Below, piece by piece: positions 26,861 to 40,608 of a DNA stretch of 64,000 nt (position 1 is the first letter of the stretch; the number at the start of each line of letters is the position of its first letter). The translations under genes were made by a program, and so were the position numbers. The notes beneath the pieces were generated by a model. It was given only the letters and a program-made list of their open reading frames with translations, ran no database searches and was not told where the DNA came from. Source of the DNA: Eledone cirrhosa (taxonomy: Eukaryota); assembly GCA_964016885.1 (NCBI GenBank), contig OZ024740.1, positions 337,404,001 to 337,468,000 on the forward strand, read 5' to 3'.

Positions 26861-28084
26861 CACTTACTGTTAGTTGCAGGAGGTGAGGAGTATCTATAAT
26901 CTTGGTAAGCCCTCTCAGTCTGGTAAGACCATTGAAGTTAATTTGATCAATGTGAACATGTATATGTCAACATCTGTATGGAAAATATGTAAGTGGGTAG
27001 CAGGTGGACATAGTGTTTAATATGTGGTCTGTTAGGTAAGAGCGAGTTTGGTGTTGAGTGGAGGAAGAGAAGGAACTGGACATGGGTAGAGAGAATATAA
27101 AGCTAACTAGTTGTGCTGAGTATAGACTGTTGTAGTGGATATAGGAGAGACAATAAAGAAACATTGTGTCTGTGTGTCTGTGGTTGTAGCATGTTGGTGA
27201 GTAATTAGTTTTTTACAGCTATGTCAGGAAGACAAGCTCAGTACTCCATCATCCTTTATGTTTTCAGGGCCTCTGAGACTGGAGGTAAGAAGTTATCTTT
27301 AAATTGAAAATCTAGCCTGAATGCTTACATCAGAAAGAGCTCTGATAAAGTGACCTAAGGATCAGGTGGTTGTATTAAACTGAGCGACAGATTATGTCTA
27401 CTGCTCAAGTAGGCCACTGTGAGATTTGAACTCAGAATACAAAGAGCTAAAAGAAAAATATAACAATGTTCTAATAATTCTCTCAGTCCACTAATCCTAG
27501 ACTGGAACTATATTTTATTGATCCTAAAAGAATGCTTAGCAAAGTTGATGTTGATGAGATTTTAACTCGGAACATAGTAGCCAGAAAAATACCACAAGGT
27601 ATTTTTTCAAATGTTCTAATGACTCTGTTAATTCACTACTTTGATCATGTGTCTGCTCAATTTCGGTTAACAACAGGTTGTGGTATTATGTTACACAGTG
27701 GATTAAGTCGACCACCCAAAAACTCAGAACACAAACAGGTGGAACAAATATTGCCAAGCTTCTCATCCAATATTCTAACAATTCTGAACTGGTATTTTAT
27801 TTTATTGCTCATGCTAATCAGTCAAATAACCTCCCTTTATGATGCTTCAGTGAGTAGCAGTTGTGACAAACTCCCAGATATGTGAGTAGTACTTAAGTGA
27901 GTAGTTCTTATTGTAGGGAATCAATAATTAATCATGACTGATATATTTTCTAGTCATCAAAGAGAAGCCTAGTCATTATGATGTTATATATACATGCATG
28001 AGAAGTGGTCAATGAACACTGCTGATGTTGGCATAAATTAGACAGGTTGTCATAAACTGATTCAGTTCTTTTGTGGAGTTATGA

Positions 28085-28425
28085 CACACGACCGTGACCT
28101 CTAGCGTCACGCAGTAATACAGAGTACCCGACCTCCCATGGGTACAAGCTGAAGCATATAGACAATATTCCCCCACACCCCCCACCGCAAGGTGGTCGTG
28201 GAGGTGCCACGGCAAAAAAGCACCCAGCCCACACTGTAAAGCAGACGTGTAGGCGCCACGGAAAAAGCACCCAGCACTCACTGTAAATGAGGTTGGTGTT
28301 AGGAAGGGCATCCAGCTGTAGAAACCAAGCCAAAATCAGTTCCTGACCAGACACTGCCCACAACAGGACAACCCGTCTAACCCATGCTAGCATGGAAGAA
28401 CAGACGTAAAACGGTGATGATGATG
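28085..28425 (+). mobile_element. Short non-autonomous element or fragment sharing the RTE 3' tail
   Basis: GGTTGGTGTTAGGAAGGGCATCCAGCTGTAGAAAC...AACCCATGCTAGCATGGAA...(GAT)n. Confidence 0.65.
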
Positions 28426-29067
28426 ACTGCTCTCCTAGATGAGTTGCAAACCACTTTATTTTGGCTTCAGCACTAGAGATTTTCTCTTGTTGCTGACATG
28501 ACTAATGCATCCTTTTTACAGTTTTATTTCATTTGCCAATCACTTTATAGAGCACAACGAGCGAATTTTATTGTGGTACTAGCATTAGAAAGGTTATCCT
28601 GTCTCTAGCAAGACAAAATGTCTCCCCTACTCTGCAATGTCTCTATTAATTTGTTTACTAGCAGCAGAGGACTATCTCAAGCCTGAAAATTAGGAGAGAG
28701 GGTTATAAAAGAGAATAGAGTAAGACAGTGATAGAGAAGAAAGGACTAGGAGAGAACCATTACAAGAGTCAAAGGACGATGGAGGAGAATAAAAAGGGAG
28801 AGAGTGATAGACAGCTACATGATGATTGTTGGTAAAGGGATTCAATGGATTGTTGCATATAACATGATGGAGAAAGGGAAAGTGATAGGAGGAAGACAAG
28901 TTGATAGAAGAGAGAGTAATAGAAATGAGAGAGTTATAGGAGAAAGAGAGAGAGAGTGTGTATGTGGTAGTAGAGAGAAAGAATGAGGAATAACAATGAA
29001 GATGTGTGATTGTAAGAGAGGAGTGTGATGGATGTCAATAATGAGTGATAGGGAAGGCAGTGATGGT

Positions 29068-29148
<81 letters not shown>

Positions 29149-29407
29149 AGGAAAAGTGAGGGCTAGCTATAATGAAGGGCTGATGGCAAGGGGGTAATTG
29201 AATACTGAACAGATCCAATGCAATGCCATAACTCATTACACAGGTGGTGGGGGAGAGTGACAGCGATAGTATGGAGGCACATTGATAGGAGAAGGGGGGG
29301 ATGGTAGGGGTAGAGCTCGGTATGGAGATCTATTAGGGACCCAATTTTAGATATATGTAAATACATACATACATATATATCATCATCATCATCAACGTTT
29401 AACGTCC

Positions 29408-29483
<76 letters not shown>

Positions 29484-29486
29484 GTG

Positions 29487-29519
<33 letters not shown>

Positions 29520-30147
29520 ACATACACACATATATATATACGCATACACAGACATATATATACATTGACACACACACACACACACACACACAAATATACA
29601 TATATATATATATGTGTGTTGTTATTTTGATATATATATGTGTGTGTGTGCACATACTTTACATAGATTATACATTAGGTTATTTATATTTTATTTCTTC
29701 CTTCTCATATCCATAATGCACACACTCACAAATACATATATTTATTCATGCATACATTCATATATATATATATATGTATAAACTCCGTATGTACAGCCTA
29801 CTTTGTTTACTCTAATGTATCGTATTAAGCGTAAAGTGAATCGTCAATAAATAATTGAACTCATCATGGATGTGTATGTGTGTTTGTCAGTGTGTATACA
29901 AGAGTGAATGTGTCTTTGTGTGCATGACAGTGTGTACATGCATGTGCGTGTGTATACATATGTGTGTGTTGTGTGTATGTGCCAATGTGAATATCAGAGA
30001 GAGTGAGCGAGAGAGAGAAGGTCTGTGTATCTCTGTGTTAGTGTGTGTATCAGAGTGTTGGTGTGTGTGTGAGTGCCTAAGTGTGTTTCTATGCAGATGT
30101 ATGTGTGTATGCAAATGTAGGTGCGCGTGTGTATATATATATATATA

Positions 30148-30722
30148 TCATCATCATCATTTTAATATCTGCTTTTCCATGCTTGCATGGGTTGGACAGG
30201 TCCTTTTCAGCACAGCGTCTCACCTCTCACCGCATTCCTTCCTCATCATCTCTGTGAGTGTCAGCGACTTGAGATCAGCTCTCACTACTTCTGCCAAGGC
30301 CTGCCTTGGTCTACCTCTATTGCAGCTTCCTTCCACTGAGATTTCTTGGCACTTGTTCACCTAGCGATTATCATCCATGTGCAGCACATGTCCATACCAA
30401 TGCAGTCTTTTCTGCCTTTTTCTTGCACTTACATTGCACATCCAGCAAAGCATGGTTGCTTCATTTCTCTCCAGCCTACATATGTCCTCTGCAGTCACTG
30501 CCCATGCTTAACTACTATGCAGCATTGTACTTTGCACAGAGGCGTTATAGAGCCATGCTTTTGTACATAGGGAGAAACCTTTTGTTGTCAGCAGTGGGAG
30601 TAGCTCTCGAAACTTCTTCCATCCTATTTTTATTCTAGCTATTATGCTCTCAGAGCCTCCTCCTTTGCTGCTAATTAGGTCATCTAGAATAGCAGAAGCT
30701 ATCAATCACTCCTATGGATCCT
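30148..30722 (-). mobile_element. Older RTE 3' fragment with internal deletions
   Basis: ORF 30508-30705 GGGSESIIARIKIGWKKFRELLPLL..KGFSL; (GAT)n tail next to (TA)n. Confidence 0.8.
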
Positions 30723-30723
30723 T

Positions 30724-33700
30724 CATCATCATCATCATCAACGTTTAACGTCCGTGTTCCACGCTTGCATGGGTTTGGACGGGGGTTTTCCCACTTGAGG
30801 CAAGAGTGATTGTCTTGCTCGCATAGGACTGTCTGGCGGGTTTTCTACAGCTGGATGCCCTTCCTAACACCAACCACATTTACAGTGTGGGTCTGGGAGG
30901 TTTTTACCGTGTTGCCTACACGGCCACATTACAGCGTGGACTGTCTGGCGGGTTTTCTACAGTTGGATGCCCTTCCTAACACCAACCACATTTACAGTGT
31001 GGGTCTGGGAGGTTTTTACCGTGTTGCCTACACGGCCACATTACAGCGTGGACTGTCTGGCGGGTTTTCTACAGTTGGATGCCCTTCCTAACACCAACCA
31101 CATTTACAGTGTGGGTCTGGGAGGTTTTTACCGTGTTGCCTACACGGCCACATTACAGCGTGGACTGTCTGGCGGGTTTTCTACAGTTGGATGCCCTTCC
31201 TAACACCAACCACATTTACAGTGTGGGTCTGGGAGGTTTTTACCGTGTTGCCTACACGGCCACATTACAGCGTGGACTGTCTGGCGGGTTTTCTACAGCT
31301 GGATGCCCTTCCTAACACCAACCACATTTACAGTGTGGGGCTGGAAGGTTTTTACCGTGTTGCCTACACGGCCACATTACAGCGTGGACTGTCTGGCGGG
31401 TTTTCTACAGTTGGATGCCCTTCCTAACACCAACCACATTTACAGTGTGGGTCTGGGAGGTTTTTACCGTGTTGCCTACACGGCCACATTACAGCGTGGA
31501 CTGTGTGTTTTTTGTCGTTACACCTACACGATCTCATTTGTTTCGGCCTGGATGTTGTGGCACCAACATAACTTTACATAGAAGGGGGCGGTGTGGATGG
31601 GGCGGGGGTGTATTTTGTTAGAGATGCCTACTGACTGTAGTAGGTTTTACTTTGTATTTAGGTAAGGCGGGTCTTCTCTATTACTGAGTACCGCCAAAGG
31701 TCTCGGTCCAGTGACATTGTCTTGGAGAGGTGTAAGTGTGTGAGGTCGGAGTTTATCAGCTCGTCCCAGGTTTTTCTAGGTCTGCCTATTCCGTGGCTAC
31801 CGTCTATCTTTATTGCCCTGCACTTTGTTATACAGCTATCGTCCTTCATGCGCATCACGTGACCATACCAACGTAGCCTTCTCTCTAGTAAACAACATCT
31901 GATCCCTCTTATTTCTAATTTTTTCCTTAGTTCGTTTATGCTTTGTCGTTCACGTATATTACTATTACACATCCAGCGGAGCATGCAAGCTTCGTTTCTC
32001 TCCAGTCTGCGTATATCCTCTGCACACAATGCCCAGGTCTCACTGCCATGCAACATTGCTGTTCGTATGCAGGCATCGTACAACCTGCCTTTCATTTTTA
32101 GGGAGAACCCTTTAGCGGCTAATAGTGGTATAAGCTCTCTGAACTTTTTCCACCCAGTTCTGACTCTAGCTACTGTACTTTCAGAGCACCCTCCCCCACT
32201 GCTGATTTGGTCACCCAGGTAACGGAAGCTGTCCACTATTTCTATAGAACCCTCTGCGTAGTTGAAAGAGCTAGTATTTTGTGGGCACTTGCTGCTACTT
32301 ATTGCACCAGAACACCGGCCACATGTAAAATCTATGTTCTTAGTTAGCTTACCTGTGATCCCACTACATCTTTTATGAACCCAAACTTTGCATTTGGGAC
32401 ACAAAATGGAATTTCTACCTACGCCTTTCCTACACTCTGCGCATGGCCACTTTCCGGAGGGGACCGCCGCCTTATTTTCTTTCTTACAAACTAGAACTTT
32501 AGTCTTAGCCAGGTTAATTTTAAGGCCTTTTGATTCTAGGCCGTGCTTCCATGTTTGGAATTTCTTCTCTAGCTCGGCCATTGATTCAGCTATGAGCGTT
32601 AGATCATCTGCGTATAGGAGTTCCCATGGGCAGCCGGTCTTGAACTCCACTGTTATAGCCTGAAGGGCAATAATAAATAGTAGGGGGCTGAGAACAGAGC
32701 CCTGATGAACACCAACTTTTACACTAAACTCTTCACTATATTCGTTGTTAATTCTAACCTTGCTGACTGTTTCTTTATACATGGCTTGTATAGCTCTCAC
32801 AAGCTATTCATCAACACCTAGTTTTCTAAGAGCCCACCAGATAATGGAACGGGGGACTCTGTCGAAGGCCTTCTCCAAGTCGACGAAAGCTAAGTATAGG
32901 GGTTTACTTTTATCTAGGTACTTCTCCTGTAGTTGTCGTACAATGAAAAGAGCGTCTGTGGTACTTTTTCCTGACACAAACCCGAACTGCATTTCATCTA
33001 GATCAATTCGCTCTCTGATTAGTTGCGCTATTACTTTTTCCGTGACCTTCATGACCTGGTCGATTAATTTAATGCCTCTATAGTTACTCCTATCTAGGGC
33101 ATCTCCTTTACCCTTATAACAGTTAACGATAATGCTGCTACGCCAGTCCTTCGGAACAATCCCATTCTGTATGACTTGGTTGACTATCCGGGTGACCATG
33201 GTGTGTCCCACCGTACCAGATGCCTTCAGTATCTCGGCAACTATTTCCGAAGGCCCAGCCGCCTTGCCTGTCTTCATATCTTTGATTGCCTTACTTATTA
33301 TACTCCCCTCGACTAACACTGCTGGTCCCTCTATTGGGTCGATGTGGGGGAGACTGTCTTTCTCCCATTTATTCTCCTCAGTTAGTAGCCTTTCATAGTG
33401 ACACTTCCAAGCTACCTTCTTATCGGCGTCGGTGATGGCAAGTACGCCGTCATCGTTAAGTACACACTTCTCCCCGACAATATCACTGTTTTCCTTGACA
33501 CATTGCCTAGCAATCCTGAACACCTCACGTTTTTGGTCCTCACGTTGTAGAACATGCTTGAACTTTCTTTCCTCTGCTTCCCTTCTTGCGAAGTACACTT
33601 GTCTCCTAGCTTCCCTCCTGGCCACTTGATAGTCTTCTCTGCTTCCCCCATCCCGCCATACTTTCCAAGCCTGCATTTTGGCCTTAATTGACCCCTCCAC

Positions 33701-34125
33701 CTTACTGTTCCACCACCATGTTACTCTCCTCCTGCCTACAGGCCTGCTCCAGCCACAGACTTCGTCTGTCGCCGTCAGCAGGTTTGCTTTCAGGAATTCC
33801 CACTGTTCCTCTACCTTGTACGACTCTATTTGCTCTTCCTTACTGTCGAAAGCATCAAGTAATATGCTTTGGAATTTATTTTTGGCTGTGGGGTCCTTTA
33901 GCTTCCATATTTTTCTCCTGAGGGTAGTCCTCTTCTGTTGCCTAGTACGTCTCGTCCTGACTATTAGGTCGCTAATTATCAGTCTATGTTGGGAGGTGCA
34001 TTCTTCATGGGGGAGGGATTTAGTGTTTACAACAGTCACTTTGTCACGTCTTCTGGTAAGGATATAATCTACCTGGCTGGTATGTTCCCCTGATCTGTAG
34101 GTGATCAAGTGATTGTCTCGTTCCT
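30724..34125 (-). mobile_element. Young RTE-clade LINE, 5'-truncated within the APE domain; longest copy
   Basis: ORFs 32804-34108 and 31658-32800 are one frame broken by a single TAG (W in the sister copy). APE end (TYRSG..SQVDYIL), RT motifs NYRGIKL, QFGF, FVDLEKAFDRV, GVHQGSVLSPLLF, YADD, FRYLG, GRPRKTW; (GAT)n tail. Confidence 0.95.
30826..31497. repeat. 112-bp tandem repeat x6 inside the RTE 3'UTR
   Basis: GGACTGT at 30826, 30938, 31050, 31162, 31274, 31386, 31498. Confidence 0.95.
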
Positions 34126-34167
34126 GTGATTGAAAGGCGTTTATAACTTTGATGCTTTATACATATA

Positions 34168-34673
34168 CAGGGTGTGGACGATATTTGTTCGCAAGATTAC
34201 TGTCTAGGAAAAAATAACACAGTAGTTTTATTTTTAAAGATATATTTATCAAACTTGGGTCAGTTTGTCTTCATGACTTGTTCTTTCGATCTCACTCGAT
34301 AAACCCACCATTGGCGGCCTCGGAACCGGCTACAGGCCTTTGTCACTGTTCCCCGACTTAGGCCCCTAAAGGCACTTGTGATCCTGGCCCCCAGATCGTC
34401 TTTCGTATTGCAGCTAGATCTGTTGGTGTCTCATTCCACTGCGCCCCACACAAAGAAGTTGAGGGGGTTGCAGTCAGGCAAGCTGGGAGGCCAGATGTCA
34501 GGTGAAGTGTGGTTAACGAAGTTCTCTGACAGCCAGGATTGGGTCTTTCGGCTGGTATGGCAGGGTGCTGAGTCTTGCTGCCACACGTACGGTCTACCTG
34601 CAGTTACCTGGTCGATCCAGGGCTTTATTACCTCGCCCAGAACGCGGATGTAGCCATTGGTGTTCAGCTTGAG
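34168..34673 (-). mobile_element. Tc1/mariner DD37D (maT) transposon 3' remnant
   Basis: YVWQQDSAPCH...WPPSLPDCNPLN with 37 residues between the second D and the mutated third catalytic position; terminus TA|CAGGGTG. Confidence 0.85.
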
Positions 34674-37600
34674 ATACAATCCACCTGATGGGCTTCTAAA
34701 CAGTTTCTGTCTACCCACTTTCACTCCGAAGGCTTGTGTTGTCCCAAGGCTATGTTAAATGACACTTGCCTAAGATGCCATACAGTATGATTGAACCTAG
34801 CACTTAATAATTACAAAGCAAACTTTTTAACCATTTGGACAAGCTGTGTTCACTGTATATTACATATAAACATATTATATGTTGTAAGTTGTATTTTCAT
34901 AACTTTTGGCTGGGCATGATGTTTTTCCTATCACCAAAGATTTTACAGCATGTACTGGATGTATTTCACCATGCCACCAACACTAGAAAGGTTGTCTGTC
35001 AGGACTTAATGGTTCCTCTCTCCTGTATTAGATTTTATTAAGAGTGACTGCTCTTCTAGACAGGTTGCCTTTCCTGCAGCATATAGAACCCATGTCTATC
35101 TTGCTGAACCTCAAAGAGGAGATGACAAATGAATACAATGAGTGGCTAAGAGCTATGTCAGAAAAGACTTGTCAAACTCTTGCTAGCATGAAAAAAACCT
35201 TGCATAAAACCAGACAATACACACCTTTATTCTGTTGGATGTTTAAGTTAGTTGATCCTATTGTGTATTTGGCAGGTATTTGGCATGATAAATGCTTTGG
35301 GATTGCCTGCATTTAACTGTTGCAGTAAAATAGTCATTTTCTCTCTCTTTTATTTGTTTCAGTCATTTGACTGTGGCCATGCTGTGGCATCACTTTCAAG
35401 GGTTATAGGGTTTCAAGGGATTATATCGACTCCAGCACTTATTTCAGACTGGTAATTATTTTATCCCTGTAATGTGATACAACTTGATACATGCACACAC
35501 ACACACACATTCACACTCATATATACACATACATATGCACACATACATACATATATATACATACATGCATGCATACATACACACATGATATCTGCAACTT
35601 GATTTTGAGTAATGCCATCGCTTGAAACTTAAGTATGAGCATCACAGTCGTGGCTTTTTAGTTCTGCTAGGGACTTGTCTATGGCCAGAAATGCCATGCA
35701 TCACAAACAAATGTCACATATCAAGTGATGCCTGTGCTTGAAACTTTTTTAAATGAAGAAAGGCTTTGCACGGAGCCAATCCCACTCTCTGAACATTGAA
35801 TGCATTTACTCCAAAAGAAAAACTGGTCAACATCATTGGATTCAAATGATGTCACAGGTTTTATATCAGAGTGACCTTCTCCTAGAGAGGTCTTCTCTTG
35901 CTTCAAAGAAAAAAAAAATCTTTATTTGATGGCCATTTACTCTCCAGAGTTCTTCTGCCCTTTGATGGGTCTTATGTTTCATCCTGCAGAGTGTTCAAGA
36001 CACTTTATTTTACATTGCTCTTTCTGCCAGGAGTTGCGACCGGTAGATTGTATCAGCAATGGAAGGCCCATCCCACTTGGCAAGCGAATGAGGTCTGGGA
36101 TCTTGTTGATTGATCAGAGTGAAGAGAACATGTGCTGGCTTTCAGACAGTTAGCTGTGATTGACAACAATGCATAAGCTGTTATCTAACTCTCCCATTTG
36201 ATTCTCTATTGCTAGCAGCTAATCTCTATTATGACATTGCCTTGAAACAATAACTTTCACCAGTACATTATATACTTACATATGAACATAGTATGTTTGA
36301 ATAGTTAAGGAGCTTGTGTCACGATCATAAGGTCCTGGGTTCGATCCCACTGTATAGAATCTTTGGCAAGTGATATTTACCATAATCTTGGGTTGACTTA
36401 AGTCTTTTGAGTGAAATTGGGTAGATGGAAACTGGTTGGAAGCCCATTAGATGGACTGTACCTGTAAGTTAAAATGGTTAACCTTGTCACACACTGTGTC
36501 ATACTAAATTTCCCTGCGAATTACATTAGAGATACATGCGTCTGTAGAATACTCAGCTACTTACACTTGATTTCATGAATTGGATGTAAAGTTGATTGAA
36601 CAACTAAATGTTCTTCATTGAAACAAATGGAGAATGCATCATCATCAACATCATCATCAACAGAATCATCATCATCATCGTCTATTTATCTATGTTCTAC
36701 TTTTACTGCTATCAATTATCTGTTCAAAAACTCATAAACAGTTTTACTTTACAAACAAAAATATAATGTTTGAACATTTTCTATATACATTATCCAATTG
36801 ACTTTGTAAAAGATGAAAATATATGCATGTATATTTTCTATAACTCATTTAACAAAATGAATTATCTATTTGACTTATTGATGTATATTTTCATAAGCAC
36901 ATTCGTATAAATTTTACCATGGTTGTAGTAAACTGAGATCTGAAATTTTTGATGTCTGAATATAAAATATTTTATTTGCTAAGAATATAATTTATAAAAG
37001 AAACAAATCAATAAAATGAGTTAAAAAGAAAAATAAGTCATGCATATCCCTTAACTGTATGCTATCACAGGGAATGCTAGTGTTAGTCTTTAAACATTTT
37101 GAGACAACCCCAAACACTGAAGGTATTACCATAAGTGATAGCGAGGCTGAAACACTGTAATAGCTAAGTGCCTATGTGACCATCACTTGATACTTCAGCA
37201 AGATAAGCTGCCAGGGATAACAAAATCTTTATTGTCAGTGGCTCAGTTCACCCAAATGTCTTGAATGTCACAGGCTGAAAAAATTATATATTTATAGATA
37301 CATATATATGTGTGTATGCATGTGTGCATGTTGTTATGAGGGGGCTCACCAAACCTTAACTGCCCCGGGCTCCCAAAGGTCTAAATCTGGTCCTGTCATT
37401 TCATCATCATTCTTACATCTGCTTTTCCATGCTTGCATGGGTTAGATGGATCCTTCTCAGCATGGTATCTCTCCAATTGTTGCGTTCCTTCCTCATCTCC
37501 TTTTCCAGTCTTAGTGATTTGAGGTCAACTCTCACAACCTCTGTACAAGTCATTTTTGGTCATCTACTGCGGCTTTTTCCCACTGTATATGTACGTGTGT

Positions 37601-38607
37601 ATATATATATATATATGTGTGTTTGTATATGTGTGTGTATATATATATGTCCATGTCTGTTTGTTTATGTGCTGTTATCTATTAAAACTTCATTAAAATA
37701 CACTCTTGGAAATTTACAAAACCACACCAGCTAAACATGCCTAAGCTTATGCACAGAGTTTAGATTTCTGTCCATTTCTAGGACCTAAAATAGAAGGGTG
37801 TCACTTATATTCTGATTGGTTTATATGAGTATATATGGTAAGAACTGAGGCCAAAATTATCACCTAAATCCCTTTTTGGCAGTGCTCGAGCATGGCCACA
37901 GTCGAATGACTGAAACCAGTAAAAGAATAAAAGAATTAAAGAATAACCAATTATTCTTGTTATATCGATGAACATTCCTTTTAATTTCTTACAAAACACA
38001 AACAGATGAGAAGTGTGTTTAAAATCAAGAACAAAAAGAAAAAGAAAAATTAGAGTAGCGTATTTTAAATAAATTTGTTTGATAGGAAGTGGTTTTTATG
38101 GAAATACATTTAAGAATGCTAGAAGTCAGAACTAAATGATTTTGTATAATTATAGCCCTTACACATACACATACATACATACACACAAATGCACAGGTAA
38201 ACACACATACACACATACAACCATGAACATAGATATGCATGCACATACTAACACCCCCACACACAAATAAACACAGAAATGTACGCATAAATGCATACAC
38301 AAACACATGCATAAATACATATACACGCATACAGGCATGCACACACACAATCATGCATAGATAAATGTATGCATAAGTGCACACAGATGTACAAACACAG
38401 CTATGTTAGATACATACATACACATATAAATAAATACACATATAAACACATAAATACATGCACATATATACACATACATACATGCATACATATGCACATA
38501 TATATATATATATATATATTACATACATACATACACATATAAATAAATACACATATAAACATATAAATACATGCACATATATACACATACATACATGCAT
38601 ACATACG

Positions 38608-38646
<39 letters not shown>

Positions 38647-39008
38647 GCATACCTACCTACCGACATACATACATAAATACTTACATACGTATATATATAT
38701 ACATACATGCATGCACACATACATATATATATATATATACATATATATATATTTAAAAAAAATAGAGGTGTGACACATGAGTTGTGATATATTAGTGAAA
38801 AAGGAAAAGAAAATGCTGACAAATTTTTCCCAGTGACAAATAGTTTAATTAGGAATAAGTATAAATTAGTAATAAGTATTGATTAGTATTCAGTTTTAGT
38901 TTTAAGTTTTTACCAGTTGCGCATTTCTAATGCTTTTCAAAAATAATTTTGAGATAGAGCGCTCGTGATGTTTGTTCTAATCTGTAATCTGTAATCTCTA
39001 TTCTCTAC

Positions 39009-39042
<34 letters not shown>

Positions 39043-39088
39043 ACATATATATACATATATATACATATATACATATATACATATATAT

Positions 39089-40606
39089 ACGAATATAGTG
39101 AAGACAACGAATATAGTGAAGACAACGAATATAGTGAAGAGTTTAGCGTAAAAGTCGGCGTCCATCAGGGCTCTGTTCTCAGTCCACTACTATTTATTAT
39201 TGCCCTTCAGGCCATAACAGAGGAGTTCAAGACAGGCTGCCCATGGGAACTCCTATACGCAGACGACCTGACACTCATAGCGGAATCAATGGCCGAGCTA
39301 GAGAAGAAATTCCAAACATGGAAGCACGGCCTAGAGTCAAAAGGACTTAAAATTAACCTGGCTAAGACCAAAGTACTAGTTTGTAGGAAAGAAAACAAGG
39401 CGGCGGTCCCTTCTGGGAAATGGTCGTGCTCGGTGTGTAGGAAAGGCGTAGGTAGAAACTCCATTTTATGTCCTAAATGCAAAGTATGGGTGCATAAAAG
39501 ATGTAGTGGGATCACAGGTAGGCTAACTAAGAACATAGATTTTACATGTGGCCGGTGCTCTGGTGCAATAAGTAGCAGCAAGTGCCCACAACTACTAGCT
39601 CTTTCAATTGCGCAGAGGGTTCTATAGAAATAGTGGACAGCTTCCGTTACCTGGGCGATAAAATCAGCAGTGGGGGAGGGTGCTCTGAAAGTACTGTAGC
39701 TAGAGTCAGAACTGGTTGGAAAAAGTTCAGAGAGCTTATACCACTATTAGCTGCTAAAGGGTTCTCACTAAAAATGAAAGGCAGGTTGTACGATGCCTGC
39801 ATACGAACAGCAATGCTGCATGGCAGTGAGACCTGGGCATTGTGTGCAGAGGATATACGCAGACTAGAGAGGAACGAAGCTTGCATGCTCCGCTGGATGT
39901 GTAACAGTAATATACGTGAACGGCAAAGCATAAACGAACTAAGGAATAAATTAGAGATAAGAGGGATCAGATGTTGTTTACTCGAGAGAAGGCTACGTTG
40001 GTATGGACACGTGATGCGCATGAAAGTCGATAGCTGTATAACAAAGTGCAGGGCAATAAAGATAGACGGTAGTCACGGAATAGGCAGACCTAGAAAAACC
40101 TGGGACGAGCTGATAAACTCCGACATCACACACTTACACCTCTCCAAGACAATGTCACTGGACCGAGACCTTTGGCGGTACTCAGTAACAGAGAAGACCC
40201 GCCTTACCTAAATATATAGTAAAACCTACTCCAGCCAGTAGGCATCTCTAACAAATACACCCTGTCCCACCACCCCCACCCGATCCACACCACCCCGTTC
40301 TATGTAAAGTTATGTTGGTGCCGCGCCATCGAGGCCGAAACAAATGAGATCGTGTAGGTGTCACGACAAAAAAACACACAGTCCACGCTGTAATGTGGCC
40401 GTGTAGGCAACACGGTAAAAACCTCCCAGACCCACACTGTAAATGTGGTTGGTGTTAGGAAGGGCATCCAACTGTAGAAAACCTGCCAGACAGTCCTATG
40501 CGAGCAAGACAATCACTCTTGCCTCAAGTGGGACTACCCCCGTCCAAACCCATGCAAGCGTGGAACACGGACGTTAAACGTTGATGATGATGATGATGAT
40601 GATGAT
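39089..40606 (+). mobile_element. Young RTE LINE, 5'-truncated copy
   Basis: Near-identical to the other copies; 1-bp frameshift near 39590; (GAT)n tail. Confidence 0.95.
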
Positions 40607-40608
40607 AT

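Noticed and set aside
30826-31497. CRISPR-like appearance of the 112-bp array
   Set aside because: Units are identical end to end with no spacers, lie inside a LINE 3'UTR, and the context is eukaryotic.
35044-35316. 90-aa + strand ORF as the next exon of the gene
   Set aside because: No MUN similarity, no convincing donor site, and its start overlaps a repeat motif also seen near 28425.
37040-37285. Minus-strand terminal exon after a TTTTTTCAG acceptor
   Set aside because: All three frames stop within about 10 codons and no partner exons were found.
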